Part shown: positions 54,870 to 64,000 of the stretch, one piece after another | Numbering within the stretch: the stretch's first letter is position 1 | Layout of the letters: every line of letters begins with the position of its first letter | Assembly (NCBI RefSeq): GCF_037042905.1 | Contig: NC_087245.1 | Location: 10,728,001 to 10,792,000, forward strand | Source of the DNA: Lytechinus pictus | Taxonomy: Eukaryota | Direction: 5' to 3' | Length of the DNA: 64,000 bases | Translations under genes and position numbers: made by a program | The notes under the pieces: generated by a model | What the model saw: the letters and a program-made list of their open reading frames with translations, nothing else | Databases searched by the model: none | What the model was told of the DNA's origin: nothing

Positions 54870-55282
54870 TTCTGATTTTGGTGGAACAAGAAAAGGGTGG
54901 AAAAAGAAAAATAAATAATAAAAATAAATAAATAAAAAAGAAAATTCGTACGAAATTAAGAGTTGATCTGTCGATTGACAGATCACCTAATAATTTAAAA
55001 GTCAGTATCACGGACGACAATGGACTTGTTGCTACTGTAAAACCCATTCATCATGCAGGTCCATGATGCATGTCAATAACTCCTTAAAAACAACTTTGAA
55101 CAGTTCAACGACCCAGCAGAGCAAGCGCCTCGCACTGCTATTTATCAAGCTATCAATGTGTGTATGCCATCTTTCCAGGCAATCCCATCCCTATGGCACG
55201 CTTATAGGGAATCAATTAAATATATATTTCACTTGAAAAAAATATGTTTCTCTTCTACTAAACCATTTCACTCAAAGAAATT

Positions 55283-55750
55283 TATATTTCACTTTTCAAA
55301 AAAATATATTTCACTTTTATAAAAAAAATATATTTCACTTTTCAAAAAAATATATTTCACTTTTCAAAAAAAATATATTTCACTTTTCAAAAAAATATAT
55401 TTCACTTTTCAAAAAAATATATTTCACTTTTCAAAAAAAAATATATTTCACTTTTCCAAAAAACATATTTCACTTTTCAAAAAAAATATATTTCACTTTT
55501 CAAAAAAATATATTTCACTTTTCAAAAAAATATATTTCACTTTTCAAAAAAATATATTTCACTTTTCAAAAAAATACATATTTCACTTTTCAAAAAAATA
55601 TATTTCACTTTTCAAAAAAAATATATTTCACTTTTCAAAAAAATATATTTCACTTTTCAAAAAAATATATTTCACTTTTCAAAAAAATATATTTCACTTT
55701 TAAAAAAATAATATATTTCACTTTTCCAAAAAAAATATGTTTCACTTTTG
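55283..55750 (+). repeat. ~24-bp minisatellite, left arm of foldback 2
   Basis: Unit ATATATTTCACTTTTC(A)6-9. Confidence 0.93.
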
Positions 55751-55857
55751 AAAAGAATCATTTCACTTGTTACATTTTAATTTTGAAAGAAAACAAATCC
55801 TTTCACTTTTGTTGGATATCACATGCGGCTGCCGTATTAGACCGTACGTAAAATTCA

Positions 55858-56198
55858 TCTATCTATCTATCTACCTACATGATATATCTATCTATCTCTC
55901 TGCCTAATATATATCTATCTGTTTAAATCTATCTATCTATCCATCTATCTGTCTGTCTATTTATCTATCTATCTCTCGAACTATTTATTTTTCTATCTAT
56001 CTAACAATTATCTGTTTAAATATGTCTGTCTATCTATCTATCTGTCTGTCTCTTTATCTATCTAATATCTATTTATTTATTTTAATATGTCTATATCTGT
56101 TTATTTATCATTCAATCTATCTATCTATCTAATGATTTATCCGGCTGTTTAAATGTCTGTATATCTGTCTTAATTTCTATCTATCTGCCTATTTATCT

Positions 56199-56238
<40 letters not shown>

Positions 56239-56940
56239 ATATCTATCTATCTATCTATCTTATAAGTCTATCTGTTCAAAATATGTATGTCTATCTGTAT
56301 GTCTACCTTTTATCTTTCAATCTAATATATATTGATCTGTGCAAATAATCATGTCTGTTTATTTATCTGTTTATCTATTTAATATCTATCTATTAAATAT
56401 GTTAAATATGTTATTCTATCTGTCTATCTATCAATAAATATATCAATCTATTTTCTCTCTATCTATATATCTATCCATCTGTTTATCTATCTGCGTATGT
56501 ATCTATGTATCTATCTGTCTCTGAATCTATGTGTATATCAAATATAATATCATAATCACCGTTATCATCATCATCATATTTGCCATCAATCATCAGCATC
56601 ATCCTCCTCATCGTATTTTTTATCATCAATCAATATCTATCTAATGTCTATCTGTCTATCTATCTAATACCTATTTATCTGTTTATATCTATCTATATAT
56701 TAATCCTTTTATTAATATATATCTATCTTCTATTGATCAATCCACCTATCATTTATCTCTCCATCCATCGATCTATCTATCTATTTATCTATCTTTCTTA
56801 TACGTATCTGTTTAAATATGTATGTCTATCTGTCTGTCTATTTATCTTTCATACTTATATCCACTCATTTGTATAAATAATTATGTCTGTTTATCTACGA
56901 CCGACCACCTAATTCGTCCGCACGACGAATTAAAATCTAG
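55858..56940 (+). repeat. Degenerate (TCTA/TCTG)n tract ending in a Helitron-type 3' hairpin and CTAG (left arm)
   Basis: A|TCTATCTA... to CACCTAATTCGTCCGCACGACGAATTAAAATCTAG|T. Confidence 0.8.
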
Positions 56941-58644
56941 TTTCTTTTTCACTTGTTACATTTTAAATCTGAGAGAAAACAAATCCTTTCACTTTTGTTG
57001 GATAACACATACGACGGCGGCTGCCGTATTAGACTGTACGTAAAATTCATTCCTCACGTAAAAATCCATTCCTCTCGCTACGTAAAACATTTCACTCTTG
57101 TTGCAAAATTCATTTCACTCAATTGCAAAAAAATACGTTCCTCTTTTTTTTTCGGCCTGTAGGCGGCGCACATCATTGTTGTCAGGACGAGGTAACAGAG
57201 ATGGTTGCAAAATTTTCGCTCTGCTGAGGGGAGAAATCATGAATCCGGTTGCAACACACAAAATGACAAGGATATGGGAATACCAGCGAACCCAATTACA
57301 ACACTTTCCCACGCGTGCCCGAGAATATACACCACGAGGTGGGCCCATGAACACAAAACATAAAGTTTGATTTTATTGCTGATTATGCACAATAGCCAGT
57401 GCAATCAGCTGTTGCATTCTGCCCTACGATCAATCACTAACGTTTTGTAGGCATGATATGAAGCATGAATAGCTCCACGCATGGCACTACACTATCTCCG
57501 GAGCTAAATGGACAAGGTGTTGAAATTTCCCTTTTCTCCATTCCGTCTGTCTTTTACTTCATTGACATACGATAATCGCGATGATTGATGAAATGAAGCT
57601 TACAAAAGGCTACATTTCACTGGTCAACTCGCTTGTACTTCCGTTGCAAAACCAAATTCTCACCATTTTGTCACGGGCAGTGCTTCTTCAAACCAGACAT
57701 AGGCGGTAAAGCATACATGACTGAATGGGTGAAGACGTCATCGCTTTCGGTGGACATTCTCGGCTAACACCAAATTTTTAGGGTTGAGCGATGACGTCAT
57801 CACTTAACTTCAGTCCCGTATACTCACTTTTCATGTCTGTTCAAAAGACGGTGAAGTACTGCCCGTTCTGAGAGTAGCATTGGAAAACCCCCCATTCATG
57901 TCTCGGACAAACTGGAGAGAATTTGGTTTTGCAGTGCAGGTACAAGCGAGTTGACCAGTGAATTGTAGCTCTTTGTAAGTTTCATTTAATCAATCATTAC
58001 GATCATCGTATGTCAATGAAGTAAAAGACAGACGGAATGGAGAAAAGGGAAATTTCAACACTTACCTTGACCATTCAGCTCTGTAGATATGTAGAGTGTA
58101 TGTATAAAGTATTCATGCCCCATGCCTACAAAACGTATAGCCAGACCGTGCTAAGGTTAGTGATTGATCGTAGGGCAGAATGCAACGGCTGATTGCACTG
58201 GCTATTGTGCATAATCAGCGATAAAATCAAACTTTACGTTTTGTGTTCATGGGCCCACCTCGTGGTGCATTCTCGTGCACGTGGGAAAGTGACGTAATTG
58301 CGTTCGCTGATATCCCCATATCCTTGTCATTTTGTGAGTTGCAACCGCTTTCATGATTTCTCCCCTCAGCACAGCGAAAATTTTGCAACCATCTCTATTT
58401 CCCACCAACAATGAAGCGCGCCGCCTACAGGCCGAGAAAAAAGAGGAACGTATTTTTTGCAATTGAGTGAAATGAATTTTGCAACAAGAGTGAAATGTTT
58501 TACGTAGCGAGAGGAATGGATTTTTACGTGAGGAATGAATTTTACGTACAGTCTAATACGGCAGCCGCCGTCGTATGTGTTATCCAACAAAAGTGAAAGG
58601 ATTTGTTTTCTCTCAGATTTAAAATGTACCAAGTGAAAAAGAAA

Positions 58645-59339
58645 CTAGATTTTAATTCGTCGTGCGGACGAATTAGGTGGTTGGTCGTAGATAAACAGAC
58701 ATAATTATTTATACAAATGAGTGGATATAAGTATGAAAGATAAATAGACAGACAGATAGACATACATATTTAAACAGATATACGTATAAGAAAGATAGAT
58801 AAATAGATAGATAGATCGATGGATGGAGAGATAAATGATAGGTGGATTGATCAATAGAAGATAGATATATATTAATAAAAGGGATTAATATATAGATAGA
58901 TATAAACAGATAAATAGGTATTAGATAGATAGACAGATAGACATTAGATAGATATTGATTGATGATAAAAAATACGATGAGGAGGATGATGCTGATGATT
59001 GATGGCAAATATGATGATGATGATAACGGTGATTATGATATTATATTTGATATACACATAGATTCAGAGACAGATAAATACATAGATACATACGCAGATA
59101 GATAAACAGATGGATAGATATATAGATAGAGAGAAAATAGATTGATATATTTATTGATAGATAGACAGATAGAATAACATATTTAACAGATTTAATAGAT
59201 AGATATTAAATAGATAAACAGATAAATAAACAGACATGATTATTTGCACAGATCAATAGATATTAGATTGAAAGATAAAAGGTAGACATACAGATAGACA
59301 TACATATTTTGAACAGATAGACTTATAAGATAGATAGAT

Positions 59340-59397
<58 letters not shown>

Positions 59398-59714
59398 AGA
59401 TAAATAGGCAGATAGATAGAAATTAAGACAGATATACAGACATTTAAACAGCCGGATAAATCATTAGATAGATAGATAGATTGAATGATAAATAAACAGA
59501 TATAGACATATTAAAATAAATAAATAGATATTAGATAGATAGATAGATAGATAAAGAGACAGACAGATAGATAGATAGACAGACATATTTAAACAGATAA
59601 TTGTTAGATAGATAGAAAAATAAATAGTTCGAGAGATAGATAGATTTAAACAGATAGATATATATTAGGCAGAGAGATAGATAGATATATCATGTAGGTA
59701 GATAGATAGATAGA
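58645..59714 (-). repeat. Mirror copy of the (TCTA)n tract and Helitron-type end (right arm)
   Basis: CTAGATTTTAATTCGTCGTGCGGACGAATTAGGTG followed by (GATA)n. Confidence 0.8.
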
Positions 59715-59819
59715 TGAATTTTACGTACGGTCTAATACGGCAGCCGCATGTGATATCCAACAAAAGTGAAAGGATTTGTTTTCTTTCAAAATTAAAATGT
59801 AACAAGTGAAATGATTCTT

Positions 59820-60290
59820 TTCAAAAGTGAAACATATTTTTTTTGGAAAAGTGAAATATATTATTTTTTGAAAAGTGAAATATATTTTTTTGAAAAGTGA
59901 AATATATTTTTTTTAAAAGTGAAATATATTTTTTTTGAAAAGTGAAATATATTTTTTTGAAAAGTGAAATATATATTTTTTTGAAAAGTGAAATATATTT
60001 TTTTGAAAAGTGAAATATATTTTTTTGAAAAGTGAAATATATTTTTTTGAAAAGTGAAATATATTTTTTTGAAAAGTGAAATATTTTTTTTTTTTAAAGT
60101 GAAATATATTTTTTGGAAAAGTGAAATATATTTTTTTTTGAAAAGTGAAATATATTTTTTTGAAAAGTGAAATACATTTTTTTGAAAAGTGAAATATATT
60201 TTTTTTGAAAAGTGAAATATATTTTTTTGAAAAGTGAAATATATTTTTTTTATAAAAGTGAAATATATTTTTTTGAAAAGTGAAATATAA
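59820..60290 (-). repeat. ~24-bp minisatellite, right arm of foldback 2
   Basis: Unit GAAAAGTGAAATATAT(T)n. Confidence 0.93.
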
Positions 60291-61639
60291 ATTTCTTTGA
60301 GTGAAATGGTTTAGTAGAAGAGAAACATATTTTTTTCAAGTGAAATATATATATAATTGTTTCCCTATGGGCGTGCCATACATCCCGTTATCATTTATCT
60401 TTATCATAGAACGATGGCCGGTTTTTAACCTTTAACCCAAAATAAAAGAATCTCGGAGTATCACTTAGATAAGTGAACCGTAAACCTAATTATCAGTTTA
60501 GCTTCAGGAAAGTAATGTGCGTGTGCGTGCGTCTGTTGTCGTTCCAATACCACCTAAGCTTTCAGGGATTTTGAAATAACCTGAAAACATAGAAAAGAGA
60601 TTTTATTTATATCCAAGATGGAAAAAAACAGGGTGTTTAAAACATATGTATACGATTGCTCACGATCAGCATATTTCAAGAAAAATTAGATATCATTTTA
60701 CCTATCAACTAATTTGACCCACTCCACCTTGCAAGTAACCAACATTTTGATGATTTAAGAGTTTAAAAGTGACCTTAACGAAGTAGGCATATTTTGCTAT
60801 TTTAATTTCAAAGTAGGAATTTCGTCTATCTTGTGTTGATGTGTCTATGTTGTTTATATATTTATTTATTTCTTTTAAAATTCGGTAAATAGAAAGCATT
60901 TATTTAAAAATTGTACGCCAATTTAATCAACCCCACCCATCACTGACATAATTTTCACTTTCACTCCTTTTTAGATTACCTTGTTCCACATACCGTTGTA
61001 TTATTGGACCTGCATTCGTGCAATTTGCTTGATATCCACCCAAAATGCATAAATACCAGTGACTGTGTTTATGATTTTAGGCTGATGATTGAGGTTTGAA
61101 CCTCGGAACATGTTCCATTTATCAAAATGTTATGTTATTTTCATTATGTGATTTACTTGATACATTGTCAAAATCTTTTTGACCGTTTCGCTCTGTCGCG
61201 TCATTAAAAAAAAATTCACCAAATGCTCTGTTTGCCGCCCCTTACTTTTTACTCAATACGCCACTGTCACGATGTGCCAATTTAAAATTACAACTACATA
61301 TTTCCACCTCATTCAAAAAATATCTAGCTATTTTCAAGACAATGAATGTTGAAGACATGATGAATAATCTGATCATGAAAGACATGTTTCCCTTATGACT
61401 GGAAAATCGAGTTCAATTTAATGTCACTGTATTTTTAAAGATGATCAGTGCTTTCTGTTTTGATTTATGCCATGTTTCACATGCGATATGAATTAGTATT
61501 CCCGTCAGCATAATATGGTGATCTACCCAGGATGTAGATTATACCATTTCTATTATAGCATTATTAGCATTATTTTGTCTCTTACTAGAATTATATTAGA
61601 ATGCTCTCTTTCGTGCTCAGAATGTGGTGTGATACTTAA

Positions 61640-62213
61640 AGGAGAATGAAACCCTTGAAACTAGCTGAATTCATATCAAAGAGAAAAATCAAAGAAACAT
61701 ATTGTTGAAAGTTTGAGGAAGATTGAATGAATAATAAGAAAGTTATGAGCATTTGAATATTGAGATCACTAGTGCCATGTAGATCCTCCCATCGGCAATG
61801 CGACCAAGATCTGTGATATCACACACGTACAACTCCCTCATTACTTTAGTACTTATTTCACTTATATTCTCACTTTTATAGAGTCTATCACAAGGTTAGG
61901 TGTTTTCTTTATGAGATGACAAGTACAGAGGTTTCACAACATTATATCATTGATGAATCGTTTGTCATATGATTAGAATGAGCAAAAAGAGATGTTTTGG
62001 GGTATATTTTCAGTGTCCGAATGGGAGATGTTGTACGTGTGTGACATCACAGATCTTGGTCGCATTGCCAATGGGGGGATCTCCATAGCATTAGTGATCT
62101 CGACATTCAAATGCTCATAACTCTTCTATTGCTAGTCCTATTTTACTCAAAGTTTTGTTGATCTTATTCTTTGATTTTTCTGCTTTCACAAAAGCTAACT
62201 TGCTCCAAGAGTT
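61640..62213. mobile_element. Kolobok-like MITE with ~200-bp imperfect TIRs; right terminus damaged
   Basis: TTAA|AGGAGAATGAAACCC; inverted GGCAATGCGACCAAGATCTGTGAT..CACACACGTACAAC / GTTGTACGTGTGTGACATCACAGATCTTGGTCGCATTGCC; no right-hand TTAA. Confidence 0.75.
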
Positions 62214-64000
62214 CGTGAAACTGTCCATTACTGAGCACATCAGTATCTCGGCGTGCGGAAAAAAGAACAAAAGGTCGAATCAATCGATATGCGAACGACT
62301 AAAAGTTAAAGCTTGAATCTCCACGGTCGGCAGACTTAGGGTGATTAAAAGTTGTAAAAGGAAAAATCAGCGCCTTCCTCAAATTTAGTGGAATGATCAT
62401 CATTGATTTCTTGATAATTTTGATGAGTATAATGTCATTTCTGTAACACATAACTTCCATTTTCATTGCTATTACTGAAAAATCAAATAATCTATTTCCG
62501 CCCAGCCTCAACGTTAGACCAATTATTTAAGTGGGCAGTGCTCACTCAATCATACATAGTTTTCCATTTTTTGGTGTCATTTAAAAGTTGAGCTTATTTG
62601 GTTCCCATATTTATAAGCTTTTCCCCCATAATAATATATGTATATATTTTGCATTTGGTAACCATTTCAAAAGTGTATTTTTTTAGACGCACTGTACAAG
62701 TCATTAGAGGAACAGATTTACGATATCCTTTCCAGGAATAGTTTCAATAGCCCACAAATAGAAGGCTATTTAAATGCAAATGGCTAAAATATAATATGTC
62801 TAATTATCTTCACGATTCACAAAGAAAAGAAAATAAATGTTAATTAAATGAAGCCCCCTTCAATGGTCGGTATATCACCTTTGAAGTACATTGTTGGTAC
62901 CAATTTATACTATTAAATAAAGTTGTTTTCTGTTGAAGAAGTTATTTTAAAAATTTCTTCTTTTTATATCCCCTTTCATCATTTCTCTCCAGGTTTTTAT
63001 CATGTAGTGATTCTCATCTTTGTCATCTTGTTCTAGTTGATATTATTTTTTCTATTTCATATAAATTATCCGCCGACATAAAAGCAAGCATTTTTCTTCA
63101 TTTTATGAGGGAGGGAGGAGGTGGTTCCCATTTAAAAATATCACTTATTTTGTTTTGAATAGCTGTTACCGTTAAAACAATTATTTGCCCTCACCTAAAT
63201 CATTGGATACAATGTTCCCCTTTCTCCCTTTTCTGATTATCGGACCCACTCAATCGCACACATTTCCCTACCTCCGCTCATTCTTTAACCCATTACACTG
63301 TCCCCTCGTTTTCCATATTTAAAAACAAAATAATCTTGACTCTATTTCATAGGATTTTTATTATAGGTTTTTCATTCATTCTCAATTATTGGTTCGCTTT
63401 CTTTTCCTTTGCCTGTTAATTATCAGGATCAACTGTCGCTGTAAATACTGCATAATAATTGCATTTCGATAGAAAATACCATACAGATTGCAATAACTGT
63501 ATGATAAAAAGCAATTTCCTCCATTAATATTTTCCATCATCCTAATTCAGAAAGAGATTGTCTGTGGAATTAGCCCACATAGTAGGTCTATATGGGAAAT
63601 TTTGTTCGTGTGAACTGACAACCAAGAAACAACAAGTACTTATGACCTAGATATAAATTTGAAAATGCCAAAATTCTTTGGAGAACAGTTTATCGGTTAT
63701 AAACATGTTGGCAATGTGGGAGAGATGAAAATCAGAATCCTTTCCGGAATATATATATAGTTTTGTTTCCATTACCGTAAGCATATTTTTTCCCTAGAAA
63801 ATAATACAGAGAAAAATAATAACCCTAGAAAATGATATATGAATTAAAAAAATGAATTCGATTAAACCGCTTGTAAGGAATATTGGGAAAATTAATAAAC
63901 TGAACATGCTGAAGTCGTAATTACCTATTTATACATTAATTTTATGTTTTTATTCTACACCTGTCCCGAACTACAGCATGCTTGCAGGGGGAATTCATAT

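Larger units (their letters stand above)
53297..54991 (-). mobile_element. Non-autonomous Helentron/Helitron2-like element (HINE-type)
   Basis: 14-bp subterminal IR TTAGGTGATCTGTC (53326-53339) / GACAGATCACCTAA (54977-54990); 5' hairpin GATCTGTC-GATT-GACAGATC; 3' hairpin AATTCGTC-N5-GACGAATT followed by CTAG|TT on the minus strand. Confidence 0.75.
55192..60380. mobile_element. Giant foldback element 2 (5.2 kb, palindromic almost to its centre), non-autonomous, IS3EU-like termini
   Basis: TATGGCACGC ... GCGTGCCATA; 6-bp TSD CATCCC (55186-55191, 60381-60386); mirrored ORF pairs 56580+/59008-, 56822+/58763-, 56953+/58632-; symmetry centre ~57765. Confidence 0.93.

Noticed and set aside
56580..59008. 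Mirrored ORF pairs suggesting duplicated genes (also 45929 / 46746)
   Set aside because: They result from the foldback symmetry; the products are low-complexity or lack recognisable domains, and no transposase motif is present
44406..60380. Foldbacks as sequencing or assembly chimeras
   Set aside because: Both have exact 6-bp TSDs, unique flanks, and arm-specific substitutions and indels; read-level confirmation is still advisable
61160..61266. hAT-like element ending TACGCCACTG
   Set aside because: Only a solo right TIR is visible; no matching left end or TSD found

Overview
AT-rich (visually) eukaryotic, animal-type genomic DNA with no recognisable intact host gene. The repeat style (poly-G tracts, GCGAAGCG-type MITE motifs, TTAA- and CAC-ended MITEs) suggests a marine invertebrate such as a sea urchin, but that is inference. 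The window is a transposon landscape: a 5'-truncated, frameshifted CR1/L2-group LINE (30071-32292, minus strand); many short non-autonomous DNA elements with visible TIRs and TSDs (hAT-, piggyBac-, Kolobok-, CACTA/EnSpm- and Harbinger-like); Helentron-like elements; and microsatellites. Two things stand out. (1) Two near-identical copies of a ~180-bp SINE whose head matches the 7SL/SRP RNA Alu domain (9082, 54693). (2) Two unrelated giant foldback palindromes of 4.1 kb and 5.2 kb that both have TATG...CATA termini and exact 6-bp TSDs (IS3EU-like signature), with satellite arrays in their arms. Almost all ORFs in the supplied track are spurious or come from low-complexity sequence. All coordinates were read by eye, and superfamily calls rest on termini and TSDs, not database searches.
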